A stretch of 64,000 nucleotides of DNA from an uncultured Acidobacteriota bacterium (GCA_963755975.1 CAVWLS010000016.1:5965-69964); one strand, 5' to 3'; shown: positions 50,706 to 62,062, counted from the first letter of the stretch. Numbers and translations: made by a program. Notes: generated from the sequence alone by a model not told the origin.

Positions 50706-52443
50706 CTAACGCTGACCTGCTGCCGGCAGAACGCGGATGGTTCCCATCATTCCGCCATCCTCATGCTCCAGCAGATGACAGTGATAGACAAACGTCCCTA
50801 CCGCATCGGGATCGCGAAAATCCATGCGCAGCGTGACGCTGGGATAAGGCGTGCCCTTCCCCTTCCAGTAAGGCACATTGATCGTGTCGCGCAGAAAGGG
50901 TTCGTCCACCGGCGCGCCGTCCCACTGCGTCAGCATGAAATGAATCTGGTGGATGTGAAAGGTGTGCGATTCCGGCGAGCGGTTTTCAATCACCCAGTCC
51001 TCGACATCTCCCTGGTGCACCGTGATATCGGGCTCCGTCGCGTGCGGGTCGAAGGGCGCGGGAGTCTGGCCCTCCACGCGTGATCATAAAAACAGTCGGG
51101 CTGCCGGGGACGCCCGGCTCCGACGGCCGTTCGGAGAAGTAAAGCTTTCGCGTCCGCACCGGCTTCACATTGCCCAGCCAGACCAGCGGAGAGGCAGCCA
51201 GCGGCTCAGGGGCTGCCGCAAGCCGCGTGGCTGGCTCCGCGGCATCGTCTGAGGCCACAATCGCCGCAAGCGGACGCACCGGATCGTTTTCTCCTGCCGG
51301 TCCGGTATCGACGCTGCGCGTGATGAGGCGCGCGTCTGTTCCTTTTGGTATGCCCTTGAAGATGAATTCGACCCGCGCGGCAGGCGGCAGGAAGAGATGA
51401 TCCGTCCACAACACCCGGTCGCGCGACATGCCGTTTTCATTGATCGGCACCCCATCGAGCGACACCACGCCGATCGCCTGAGGCTGGTTCCCGATCACGA
51501 TCTGCAGGTCGAGATAGGTGATTGCCGAAGCGTTCAGAACCCTCCACAGCTGCCGCTCTGATGGCCTCACCATCAGCCGCGCCGGAGGATAGTCCGGATA
51601 AGGGACGGGAACGAAATTGATGGAGAGGTCCTTGGCCGGTTTGCCCGTTCCGGTTCCCGTGTTGAGAATGTCTCCCTCGGCGTCGCGAAAGACGGGCGGC
51701 ACGAGGCCCGATTTCGCGGGCTGCGCCTCGGGATTGAGCAGCTCCTGATCGCGGATCACGAAGACCCGCTCGGGCAGGCCCGCAAGCTGCCGGTTGGCGC
51801 GTTCGATCCCATCCACGATCATCGCTCCCGAAGCTCCCCCGAGAACCTGTGGATTCGTGAAGCCGTGGATATGGGGGTGATACCAGTAGACGCCGGGCGG
51901 CTCGTCGGCGGGAACCCGGAAACGGTATTCAAAGGGCGCGTCTCCCGGCTGGACCGCTGTGTGCAGGACATCGTCCTCGTGGCACATCGGCGGCACGGTC
52001 ATCCCGTGGAAATGCAGATTGGTGGAAAGCGCGGTCATCTGCGCGTTTGCGCAAGGCTCTGAGATGGCCATTCCCGGCCCAGGGCGCGATGCCGGCGAAT
52101 TTCCCGCTGAAGATGGCGAGGTCAGATTGTTTTTGAGGTGAAGAACCAGCAGATCGCCGGGTTGAAGACGCAGCGTAGGCGCCTGGCTGCCGTCTTTCGA
52201 CCGGTAACAGTACTCCTCCTGCCCATCGGATGCCCGGAAATTACTGTACGTCAGCTCGACTTCCAGAACGCCATTACGACTGCGCAGGTTCTCCGGTTCC
52301 GTAACCACGCTCCCCGGCGCGGGACGCGGGCAGATCTCCTGCGCGGTCGCCGCCGCCGTCGAGATCAGGGCTAGTGTCAGGGCCAGTGTCAGCCCCAGCG
52401 CCAGCCCGCCAACCACCCGCAATTTCAACAACGCCGCCTGCAT
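50706..52443 (-). pseudogene. Three-domain multicopper oxidase with one frameshift near 51080
   Basis: ORF 50986..52551 (signal MQAALLKLRVVGGLALG.., LHFHGM, WYHPHIHG) and ORF 50706..51077 (HTFHIHQIHF, HCHLLEHEDGGMM) are co-linear. The junction reads TVFMIT | VEGQTPAPFD. Confidence 0.8.
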
Positions 52444-52643
52444 TTTCCGGGAAGCAAAACTAATACACGCCGATGATTGACCTTCGATGAATAAGTCCCG
52501 CACCGCCGTCACCATTTCAGCGCCACATATTCCCCGCGATTTCATTTCCATGCAACAAAAGTGGTCTACGGTTCCTTTCGCCCACTACTTTACAGGCGGC
52601 TCCGCATTGAGATACTCGGTGGCACGCTGGAAAGGTCTTCGAA

Positions 52644-54149
52644 ATGAAAAAATATCCTGCCGCGCTTCTGGCGGTTGTTGCCCTCACCCTGTTTTCGAAC
52701 CCATCCGCATCCTGGGCGCAGTATGGCCATCCGCCCTCCGGAGCCGAGGGCTATGCAACGACGACTCCCGTCAAGCACCTGGTGATCATCTTCGATGAGA
52801 ACATCTCCTTCGATCATTACTTCGGCGCTTACCCGGTGGCCGCGAACCCTCCTGGTGAGCCGGTCTTCAGAGCGCTCCCCTTCACGCCGGCCGTCAATGG
52901 CCTGACCTCCACCCTGCTTAACGCCAACCCCAACGCCGCGGCGCCCTTCCGCCTCGACCGCTCCGAAGCCGTCACCTGCGACAACGACAATCACTATACC
53001 GATGAGCAGACGGCCTATGACGGCGGCCTGATCGACAAGGTCTCCGAGCTGCTGAGCGGCACGGGCGTGGGCTGCACGCCAAATCTCTCCATGGGCTACT
53101 ACGACGGCAACACCGTGACTGCCCTGTGGAACTACGCCCAGCACTACGCGATGAGCGACAACTTCTTCGGGACGACCTTCGGCACGACGGTCATGGGACA
53201 TCTGAATCTTGTTTCCGGCCAGACCCACGGAGCCACACCCACCACGGTCTCCGGCAAGGTGGCGAATGGCAGCGTGATCGCGAACATCGACCCCACGGGA
53301 GACGATTGCTCGACCGGTAAGACGATTCAGATGGCAGGTCCAAGCGTCGGCGATCTGCTGAACGCGAAGAAAGTCACCTGGGGCTGGTTTTACGGCGATT
53401 GGACGCCGGCTTCGACGACCGGCGGCGTAGCTACATGCATCGCCCAGGAAGATCCCCACTACACTCCATTCCAGTACTTCGCCTCGACGCTGAATCCGCA
53501 CCACACGCCGCCATCCTCGGTCGGCGCAATCGGATACACCGATCAGGCCAACCATCAGTACGCGCTTACCGATTTCTGGAATGCTGTCGCAGCCAACAAC
53601 CTGCCCGCGGTGAGTTTTCTGAAGGCTCCAGCCAACGAGACCGGCCACCCATCCACGTCGAGCCCGCTGCTTGAACAAACCTTCCTCGTCGAGACCATCA
53701 ACAAGCTGCAGCAGAGCCCGCAGTGGAAGGACATGGCCATCCTCATCGCGTGGGATGATTCCGACGGCTGGTACGATCACGTACTCGCGCCCATCGTCAA
53801 CAAATCGAGCGATTCCAACAATGATGCGCTGCTCGGACCGTCGGGACTCTGCGGCACCGCCGCCTCCGGAGCTTACCTCGACCGCTGCGGCTACGGCCCC
53901 CGGCTTCCATTTCTCGTGATTTCGCCCTTCGCAAAGGAAAACTTCGTCGCCCACACCGTCGCCGATCAAACTTCGATTCTCCGCTTCATCGAAGACAACT
54001 GGCAGCTCGGCCAGATCGGCAATCAATCCTTCGACGCCATCTCCGGATCGATCCAGAATCTGTTTGACTTCAACGCCTACGGCAGGATCGGGGCCCAGGA
54101 CCGAAAACTGATTCTCGATCCCGACAGCGGAGAGCCGCAGGGATGGTAG
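52644..54149 (+). CDS. Secreted phosphoesterase-family protein (phospholipase C / AcpA acid phosphatase type)
   Basis: Signal peptide; VKHLVIIFDENISFDHYFGAYP; ..AILIAWDDSDGWYDH..RLPFLVISPFAK. Confidence 0.8.
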   Translation: MKKYPAALLAVVALTLFSNPSASWAQYGHPPSGAEGYATTTPVKHLVIIFDENISFDHYFGAYPVAANPPGEPVFRALPFTPAVNGLTSTLLNANPNAAAPFRLDRSEAVTCDNDNHYTDEQTAYDGGLIDKVSELLSGTGVGCTPNLSMGYYDGNTVTALWNYAQHYAMSDNFFGTTFGTTVMGHLNLVSGQTHGATPTTVSGKVANGSVIANIDPTGDDCSTGKTIQMAGPSVGDLLNAKKVTWGWFYGDWTPASTTGGVATCIAQEDPHYTPFQYFASTLNPHHTPPSSVGAIGYTDQANHQYALTDFWNAVAANNLPAVSFLKAPANETGHPSTSSPLLEQTFLVETINKLQQSPQWKDMAILIAWDDSDGWYDHVLAPIVNKSSDSNNDALLGPSGLCGTAASGAYLDRCGYGPRLPFLVISPFAKENFVAHTVADQTSILRFIEDNWQLGQIGNQSFDAISGSIQNLFDFNAYGRIGAQDRKLILDPDSGEPQGW

Positions 54150-54156
54150 CCGCAGG

Positions 54157-54180
54157 CTAGGGCTTGTTAACAAGCCCTGG
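54157..54180 (+). terminator. Perfect palindromic hairpin after the phosphoesterase gene
   Basis: agggcttgttaacaagccct is a perfect 20-nt palindrome at 54159-54178, followed by ggcgcgtttta. Confidence 0.55.
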
Positions 54181-54367
54181 CGCGTTTTAGGAGTTTCTCA
54201 CTGTCGGATTCGACACGGCCCGGCTGCGCAAGCTGCCCGGGCCGGCTTGTGCAGCGTGGCAGCGTGAAACATCTCAAGCTCGATCGTCATTTCGCCGGCC
54301 CTGTGACGGCGGTCACTGAAATCGGCCAGACTCAGCATTACGCTGCTCAGTCAAGGAGATTTCCGGC

Positions 54368-54571
54368 ATGACCAGCACCAGATATGACGAATATCTCGCC
54401 GAGTACCGCCGCATTCACGACAGACTGAGAGAGATCGCCCAACGGGCCGAATGGATGGCCCATTCGCGCTGCGCTACGATGGACAACCCCAACTTCAGCC
54501 GGGCCTTCACCGAGCAGAGCGACCTCCTTCAGCGGCTGTCCGATATGGACAACGAGATCCTCTGTCGATAG
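54368..54571 (+). CDS. Small hypothetical protein
   Basis: 67-aa ATG ORF (MTSTRYDEYLAEYRRIHDRLREIAQRAEW..). No family recognised. Confidence 0.35.
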   Translation: MTSTRYDEYLAEYRRIHDRLREIAQRAEWMAHSRCATMDNPNFSRAFTEQSDLLQRLSDMDNEILCR

Positions 54572-54588
54572 TCATCGCCGGCCGCTAT

Positions 54589-54930
<342 letters not shown>

Positions 54931-54973
54931 GGAGGCAGTCATGCCATCCAGCATGCCACAATGCCGGGGAGTT

Positions 54974-55001
54974 AACAGTTATCAGTCTCCAGTCCCCAGT
55001 T
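54974..55001 (+). repeat. Heptamer-phased array NNCAGTY x4 (reverse complement of the 36572 family)
   Basis: aacagtt atcagtc tccagtc cccagtt. Confidence 0.75.
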
Positions 55002-55327
55002 TTTCGCCTACAACCCATCTCATAAATGCAATCAAGCCGGTTTGCACGTGATTCGTGGATAACTTCCGGGTTGCCGGTGATACGGCAACTTGAAGCGAAT
55101 TCGAAGCCCGCGATGTTCCTCAAGGGTTCCTCTCTGAAGCGGCGACAATATTCCGCGATTTCCGTCCATTTTAGTGGGACAGCTGTCGAGCGGAGGTTGG
55201 GATGAGTCGGCTTGAATATCGGGCGATGGCGACGGACAGTCGACATGACGAGTTGAATGAGGGGCATTTATCCTGTTGGATGAATAAACATCTCGTTCTA
55301 ACGCTGATTTGGCCGTAGGTCATTTGC

Positions 55328-56422
55328 ATGGTTGTTTCTGGTCAATCGAATTTCGATTTCACGACCTTGGCTGACTTTGCCGTTCAGTTCTTGGCTGTCG
55401 CCTACGGTGTATTTGCCACGGCCACTGATTTCAAGGAAACATCGGAGGACGGGAAGAAACGTCTTTCGAAGACGGGCGAAATCGGTATCGCGTTTCTGAT
55501 AATTATCTCCATCGCCAGCATCGGCGTAAAGATCTACCAGCACGCAAAGGATTCCAAAACAAAAGCAGATGCCCAGGCAGCCCAGCAGACTATGGTCCGG
55601 GAACTTGAACAAAGCCTCAGCGACTCGAAGGCCATGAACAGCGCTCTCGCCGACGCTAATGCCAAGCTGACCTCTCAAACTGGCTTGATGACGCACGAAG
55701 CTAACATCCTCGAACGTCAGACGGCGCAAATGGGTGACCTGATGCTGGGGACAAAACGAGTCCTCGATCCTCTCGATGACTCCTTTCGCATCCAGATCCG
55801 AGAATATATAAAACGAAGTGAACCCGATCTCGAGCCATATCTGCATCGCATTGGTTCACCCGAATCGGACGAGCCGACTGGTCAGAACTGGCCGAAAGAG
55901 GAAGATGGCGACTTCGATGTACACCTCGCCCGTTACCACATGTAAACTCGCGGATTTTCGAAATACGAGTCTATCCGATTTCAGAGTTGCGACAAGTTGG
56001 GTATCCCAAGCGCTATCTGGGTCCTCTGGACTACCAGTTACATCTAGAAGTTGTTTGCAACGCACCAGGCAAACAATCATCGTTGTCGATTGACGCAGAA
56101 CAAACCGCCTCCCTCAATTGAATTTCTCGAAATCTCGGGTGACGAAGTTCGTCTCGTCTGCCAGGTAGACGGTCTCCACTGGATCAGGGGGGCAAATATA
56201 AGATCGTATGTCGACCTTAAAAACTCCTTCATGATTGTTAGCCCAAGCACCTCTGTGTGGAGATTGGGCACTCTGTATCACTACGCGCCGCCCCTCAAAT
56301 TCATCAATGTGGAAATCGTCGGGAAGAATCATCATTTTTTGAGTTCGGCACCCGTTGCTGTTACTCCTTGTCCGCTTGAGGATCTGGAAACCTGCTACAT
56401 CTCGCCTATGCCCAGCGACTAG
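55328..56422 (+). pseudogene. Membrane-anchored coiled-coil protein of unknown function, a 365-codon frame with two in-frame stops
   Basis: ORFs 55328..55945 and 56051..56422 share one frame. Between them: TAA (55943-55945), 33 sense codons, TAG (56045-56047). N-terminus has 2 TM helices (FAVQFLAVAYGVFATA, IGIAFLIIISIASIGV), then an Ala/Gln-rich coiled coil. Lower-GC patch. Confidence 0.5.
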
Positions 56423-56538
56423 CGTTGAGCAATGTCCGGATGGTCGGCAATCCGGAAGTAATTCTGCCAAGGCTTCGTCTATCAGAGACATTTATGAGAT
56501 GGGTTGTAGTAGTTTTTCGCCTGCCTGTTTTTCCCCCG

Positions 56539-56587
56539 AACTGACAAACGGGGACTGGGAACCGGCAACTCAGGACTCACGACCGGG
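56539..56587 (+). repeat. Degenerate heptamer-phased tract (RACNNNN x7) just 3' of the M48 peptidase gene
   Basis: aactgac aaacggg gactggg aaccggc aactcag gactcac gaccggg. Confidence 0.5.
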
Positions 56588-56591
56588 TACT

Positions 56592-57823
56592 TCACCGCCC
56601 CACATATTTCGGCTTTTCTCCCGCTCGCCAAGGATCGTAATGCGCGGCAAAGGCTCCAGGCGCTCCGCCGTCGGCGGATGGCTGTAGGTCCAGAAGACCA
56701 CAAAGGGATTCGGGTCGGGCGCGTCGAGCCACATCTCGCCTAATCTCTGAAACGACCGCACCGTCGCCGCCTGTGCGTCGGGAACCAGCCCGTGGATCAC
56801 TTCCTGCCCATAGACATCCGCCGAGTGCTCCTCCCATCGGCTGAAAGCATTCCCGATCAGGCTCGGCAAGAAAACTGAGCACTGTCATCACCAGCAGCAG
56901 CAGCCCGAGCGATGCCCAGTCCTCGACAGATACGAATGCCCCCGCGCAGCACCATGCAGCCGCACCAGCCAGCGCATCAGCCGATACGCAATCCAGAGCC
57001 CCGCCAGCATCAGCGCCGCAAAAAACACCAGCCCCTTCTGGATATGCTCGAGCACATAATGCCCCTGCTCATGCCCGTACACGGCGAGGATCTCATCCTG
57101 CGGGACATGCTCGATCGTCGTGTCCCACACCACGATTCGTTTCGACGCACCAAAGCCCGTCACGTAGGCATTGGGAGCCGTGTATCGCTCGCTCGCGTCC
57201 ATCACAAACATGCGCGACGGCGGGATCGCGAGACCACCCCGCCCGGCCACCCGTTCCAGCTGCGGCACCAGCGCCGGATCGGCCTGGGCCAGCGGCGAGA
57301 AGTGATTAAATAAGGGGTCGACAAAAACAGGCACGGCATAGATCACCGCCACTTCGACCGGCAGCGCCAACAGCCAGAACCACAGCCACCATCGCCTTGG
57401 AGAATGCCGCATCAGCGCGTACAGCGCCCCCAGCGCCAGCGATCCGAAGACCACGGTCAGCGCTGTGGACTTGGCAAAATCGCCCAGCCACATCCCCCAG
57501 CTCTCGACAGAAATCCCGTAGGCGCGATACACCCGCTCCATCATCAACTCGACCGGCAGACTAAGGAGCGACAGCATCACCAGCCACACCGGCGCGACGA
57601 GAAATCCCTGCACCCACTCGCGTGAACTAAAACGCGCAGCCCCGTCGCGAATCCGCGCTCCCACGCCCCACCGCACCAGCAGCCACAGAGCCAGAATCGT
57701 CCACGCCGTATCGCCAAAGTGGGCGAGCGTCCGCGCATGATAAAGGTGGATCGCCTTCGCCAGCTTGTCGGGAGGCAGCGTGTAGACGGCCTTCGCCGCC
57801 GCATCCAGCAGCACCATGGACAC
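56592..57823 (-). pseudogene. M48-family (Ste24/HtpX-like) zinc metallopeptidase broken by about 3 frameshifts
   Basis: ORF 56888..57823 (TM helices; zinc motif VYGHEQGHYVLEH), ORF 56570..56869 (NAFSRWEEHSADVYG..YSHPPTAERL), and ORF 56592..56891 supplying ..DWASLGLLLLLVMTVLSFLAEP.. and the tail FAAHYDPWRAGEKPKYVGR*. Confidence 0.75.
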
Positions 57824-57868
57824 GATGATACGTCGCCGCTGACTAGGGGCAGGTGGGCGCGACGCTCG

Positions 57869-58216
57869 CTACATGTTCAAGAATGCCGATAACAAGCCGC
57901 CGTACCATCCGGCGAGGACCAGATATTTGTCATCCGCAAAGCCATTTGACGCCAGCCCAAACTGTGCGCCGTCGTCTCGCATGACAATCCTGTACCCGTC
58001 CGTTCGATTTTCCTGTCCCACAAGCCAGACGTTCAGCTTTTCGTCCGTTGCATGGCCATCTCTGACCTGTCGTGCGATGACGGAGATTCTTCGCGGCGCT
58101 ACCAGCGCTTGTTCTAAATTCAGGCCGTGATCGTTTGTAGCTGCCAGGCTCCCGGCACTTTGGGAAAGCACTAATGCTCGCACTTCTGTAATTGTCATCA
58201 TGAACCTGCGCTTCAA
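57869..58216 (-). CDS. Hypothetical protein
   Basis: 115-aa ORF (..LNVWLVGQENRTDGYRIVMRDDGAQFGLASNGFADDKYLVLAGWYGG..). No family recognised. Confidence 0.45.
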   Translation of the reverse strand: MKRRFMMTITEVRALVLSQSAGSLAATNDHGLNLEQALVAPRRISVIARQVRDGHATDEKLNVWLVGQENRTDGYRIVMRDDGAQFGLASNGFADDKYLVLAGWYGGLLSAFLNM

Positions 58217-58296
58217 CTGTGTTGCCCGAAGATCCCCATTCGTTACAGATGGGTCGGTCGTTGAAGCTTTTTGAGGAGACTCCCCAAACCGGGCGG

Positions 58297-58324
58297 CTAA
58301 TCGCTAATCCCTAATGTCTAATCA
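58297..58324 (+). repeat. Heptamer tandem array CTAATNN x4
   Basis: ctaatcg ctaatcc ctaatgt ctaatca, 7 nt downstream of the stop of the minus-strand gene at 58331. Confidence 0.75.
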
Positions 58325-58330
58325 CTGTAT

Positions 58331-58837
58331 TTAGTGCCGCGCGTCGGCGTCATGAACCCGGCTGGCCTCGAAGCTCACGATCTTCCACTGCCCCAGCCGC
58401 TTGTTGTAGACCCGCGTATAGCGATAGTTTCCGCTGATATCGCTCTGCCCATTGGTGCCCTCAAGCGCGGCCCGCGAAGTCACCACCGCCGTATCACCAT
58501 AAACCCGCACCTTCAGGTCGTTCAGATCCAGGCTCTTGATCCGCACCGTGCCCGCCTTGCGCTGCGCCAGCGCCTGGGCCTTGGTCTCCACCGTGCCGTT
58601 GGCGCTGATGCCGATATAGTCGTCGGCCAGCAGCTGATCCATTGCCGTCACGTTGTTGGAGATGACGGCCTCGCGCCACTGCTGCTCGAGCGCTTCTATC
58701 TCTTTATGAATGGCGTGGCTGTCGCGATGCGGCAATGCAAAGGCCGGATGCGCCATCACCAGGCACAACGCCACGATAAACAGCACCGGGGCGCTCGCCT
58801 GCAGCAACGATCCCTGAACGTAAACGCTTTTGCGCAT
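58331..58837 (-). CDS. Secreted SnoaL-like / DUF4440 (NTF2-fold) protein
   Basis: ATG at 58837: MRKSVYVQGSLLQASAPVLFIVALCLVMAHPAFA; EIEALEQQWREAVISNNVTAMDQLLADDYIGISANG..YRYTRVYNKRLGQWKIVSFEAS. Confidence 0.75.
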   Translation of the reverse strand: MRKSVYVQGSLLQASAPVLFIVALCLVMAHPAFALPHRDSHAIHKEIEALEQQWREAVISNNVTAMDQLLADDYIGISANGTVETKAQALAQRKAGTVRIKSLDLNDLKVRVYGDTAVVTSRAALEGTNGQSDISGNYRYTRVYNKRLGQWKIVSFEASRVHDADARH

Positions 58838-59006
58838 GTGCGTACCGGGATGGTAGTCCGCATCCTCGCGGCGAGTCAAAAAGAATGACCGGAGCCGCAA
58901 ATTTCGACGGCGAACGTCCGAATTCTGCCCCTCGGCTGCTATGCCTGACATCGAATCAAGGCCGTACAGAGTCATTATAGATTCGATGCCCGCAACGCCC
59001 GCAGCC

Positions 59007-59294
59007 CTACCCGAGCGCGTGCAGAGTCTCCACCGAGCGTTCCAGCATCCGCTGATAGAGACTTCCCACGATGTACTTCTTGAAGTGCGCCGACGCGCGG
59101 TGTGCATCTGCCGCTGCCGCGTCCTTATATTGTTCGTAGATGACGACCGTGTCAGAATCGCCGTCTACGATGTGCGGAATATAGGTCACGCAGCCCGGTT
59201 CGAGGCGCGATGCCTGGGTAACCGCGCGCAGCGACTCCTGAATCTCTTCCCGATCTTCGGCCTTGAACCTGAGGCGCACCGTAAAACTGATCAT
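59007..59294 (-). CDS. Antibiotic-biosynthesis-monooxygenase (ABM) domain protein
   Basis: MISFTVRLRFKAEDREEIQESLRAVTQASRLEPGCVTY..VVIYEQYKDAAAADAHRASAHFK. Confidence 0.75.
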   Translation of the reverse strand: MISFTVRLRFKAEDREEIQESLRAVTQASRLEPGCVTYIPHIVDGDSDTVVIYEQYKDAAAADAHRASAHFKKYIVGSLYQRMLERSVETLHALG

Positions 59295-59336
59295 TGCGAC
59301 GAACCTTCCATCGACAGGATAGCAAGGAAGAAATCC

Positions 59337-60675
59337 TCAGCCCTCGAGTTCCTTCAACGCCCCCGCAAATTCATCGAGCGCCATCGTCTGCTCCCGGTCC
59401 GGACCGGTCGACACCATCCCGATCTTCGCGCCCGACTCCCTCTCCAGAAACCCGAGATACTCCCGCGCCTCCTTCGGCAGCTTGTCCCACTCGACAATGC
59501 CTTCCGTCGGCTCGCTCCAGCCTTTCAGCTTCGTATACACCGGCTTGATCGACTCCATCCCGCGCACATCCGCCGGCATCGTGTCCACTTTCTTGCCGTC
59601 GATCTCGTAGCCGATGCACACCGGAATCTCCGCCATCCCGTCCAGCACATCCAGCTTCGTCACCACCAGCCATTCCGTCCCGTTGATCATGTTCGAGTAG
59701 CGCAGCAGCGGCAGGTCCATCCACCCGCAGCGCCTGGGGCGCCCGGTTACCGCCCCGAACTCATTGCCCCGCGCCCGCAGCAGCTCGCCCTGCTCATCAT
59801 GCGACTCCGTCGGGAACGGACCCTCGCCCACCCGCGTGACATAAGCTTTCGTCACGCCAATCACCGTCCCAATCGCCGTCGGGCCCACACCCGTGCCCGT
59901 GATCGCTCCGCCCGCCGTCGCCGACGACGAAGTCACAAACGGATACGTCCCGTGATCGATATCGAGCATCGTGCCCTGCGCGCCCTCAAACATCACGCTC
60001 TTGCCCGCGCGGATCGCTCCATTCAGCAGCGCCGCCGTATCCGTCACAAACGGAGCCACCTGCTCCGCCGCCCGTGCATACTCCTCATACATCTGCACCG
60101 GATCGAGCGGCTCAGTCCCGAAGAGCGCATGCGCCACCGTGTTCTTCTCGTGGCAGGCATTCTGGATATGCGTCTTCAGCAGATTCGTATTCAGCAGGTC
60201 GATCACGCGCAGCCCGTTGCGCGCCATCTTGTCCTCATACGCCGGACCGATCCCACGGCTCGTCGTCCCGATCTTCTGCCGCCCCGGAGCGCTCTCCGCC
60301 GCCAGCTCAATCATCCGGTGATAGGGCAGAATCACCTGCGCCCGGTTCGACACGAAGACCTGCTCATCGACCGCCCACGCCCAGGTCGCGCAGCTTGCCG
60401 ACCTCCTTCAGAAAGGCCATCGGATCGAGCACCACCCCGTTGCCGATCACCGCCTGGCAATCCGGCCGCAGAATCCCGCACGGAATCAGCTGCAGAATGA
60501 ACTTCTGCCCGCGAATGATGACCGTGTGCCCGGCATTGTGTCCGCCCGCATACCGCGCGACGACCGCAAACCGCTCCGACAGGACATCAACGATCTTGCC
60601 CTTACCCTCATCGCCCCACTGGGCGCCGACCACCACTGCTGTTTTTGCTCGCATCCCTGTCTTTTCTAATCCCAA
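59337..60675 (-). pseudogene. purA: Adenylosuccinate synthetase, single-base frameshift near 60358-60375 (possibly a sequencing artefact)
   Basis: N-terminus 60364..60675: [32 protein letters not shown]-terminus 59337..60353: SNRAQVILPYHR..KIGTTSRGIGPAYEDK..GTTTGRPRRCGW-like. The junction gcgtgggcggtcgatgag is one base too long in a G/C run. Confidence 0.85.
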
Positions 60676-60686
60676 ATTCCTAAGTT

Positions 60687-60730
60687 GTCATCCTGAGCGA
60701 AGTACGCGCAGCGTACGTAGTCGAAGGATC
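60687..60730 (+). repeat. REP-like element (GTCATCCTGAGCGAAG..TCGAAGGATC)
   Basis: gtcatcctgagcgaagtacgcgcagcgtacgtagtcgaaggatc, same architecture as 32143-32187, adjacent to the RAYT-like relic. Confidence 0.7.
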
Positions 60731-60792
60731 TGCTTTTCTCGCTGGTGAGGCCACGCTTCAGGAACAAAGGAGCCCTGTTCTTTTTACCAGAT

Positions 60793-61168
60793 TTAGTGGC
60801 GATGGCGGATGCGGAAGTGCCAGAGCTCTGAGGGCGGGTTACGGAGTGAACGTTGAAATCGTAATTGCCGTCGCTGCCAGAGCTGCTTCTCGCCTGAAGG
60901 CTTGAGCTCTCGCGAAGTTAACTGCTTGAAGATTTGAGGAAAGACCGCGACCGTGTCTCTGGCGGGCTCATCGGTGAGGAGATGAACATGCTCCGGCATG
61001 AATCATAAGCGGCGATCGGAGACCCTGCCTTCTGCGGGTCTCGTCGAGAATGCAACTTTCGGCAATACTGGCGGTGCCTGTTTCAAGGAAAGGCTGACGA
61101 CGATAGCAACTGAAGGTAATGAAATGGAGGTTTTGCGTCTGCTGATAACGTCGGAGACCCGCAGGCAT
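60793..61168 (-). mobile_element. Decayed REP-associated tyrosine transposase (RAYT / IS200-like Y1 transposase) gene
   Basis: MPAGLRRYQQTQNLHFITFSCYRRQPFL (61168 downward); MPEHVHLLTDEP (HUH-type HxH); LWQRR then out of frame YDFNVHS. At least two frame changes. Confidence 0.65.
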
Positions 61169-62062
61169 GGCTTTGCAAGGAGTGCCGTTCCCACTGTTCG
61201 CGCCCACAACCACGCGAAGGATGGGGCACCCGAACGTCTTTGGCCGTCCAGAGAATGAAGGGTGGGCCACCCTGCCCCTGAGGGTCGACTTGATCAGCGA
61301 ATGCAAACCAATTGTCCGTCAATATTTGCGATATTGTTTCCTATGCGGCAAGCTGTTCAGGTCCAGTCTGGCAAGCCTCGAGATTCCATTGCGACCTGTA
61401 CATCCTGCTGAGAGTAAAGTTCCCTTAACGGATGCGCCTTCACAACTTTCAAGATAGCTGCCACGGGGAACAGCGCGTCCAACGCCCCATGTCCCGGATT
61501 TCGCGAGGCAGAAGAGCGCACCCACGGCCTTGTTGGAGATATCGCTTCCGCATGCGCTGCGTGTCGATTGTTGACACAAACGCCCCCGGATCGCCCCCTG
61601 TGGCGCAGGACGCGGTGGAGAGCATCGTGCCATTCATCCGGAATTGCCCACACGACTTAAGATAAGCTTCCGTTAGGTACCTGCTGCCCCGGAGCTGGCA
61701 AGGCGGTGAGTAGCGGCAACATGCCGCAGATACATGAGTTGTTCTGGGCCCAATCGCCATTTTGACACCTCAGAGAGCTGAGGGCACAAGAAACCCTTGG
61801 TGTCAGCATAGTGAGAGTAGGCCTAGGAACGTTTCACTCTAATTTGTTCAGCCGGTGCCCCACTTAAGCCCGGTGTTGGCTTCCGTAGGGATGAGTCCCG
61901 CCCGCCCCTTCGATAGTAGAGAAAAGAGTTCGGTCCGCAAGACCGCATCTCGCTGCCCCTGGCCGGAGCGCAGACAGAGCCGCAGCGTGCTCTTGAAAGT
62001 ACTGGACTTCGCGCTCGCGCAGCTTCGTGTTCCCTGGTAAGCAGTCCCAATTCCCGAGGGAG

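Noticed and set aside
52590-54173. A 527-aa minus-strand ORF.
   Set aside because: It is exactly antisense to the phosphoesterase gene, which has clear family motifs. The product is Arg/Gly/Val-rich with no recognisable motifs, the typical high-GC antisense open frame.
58941-60500. A 519-aa plus-strand ORF.
   Set aside because: It is antisense to purA and the ABM gene, and the product is extremely Arg/His/Pro-rich, so it is a shadow ORF.
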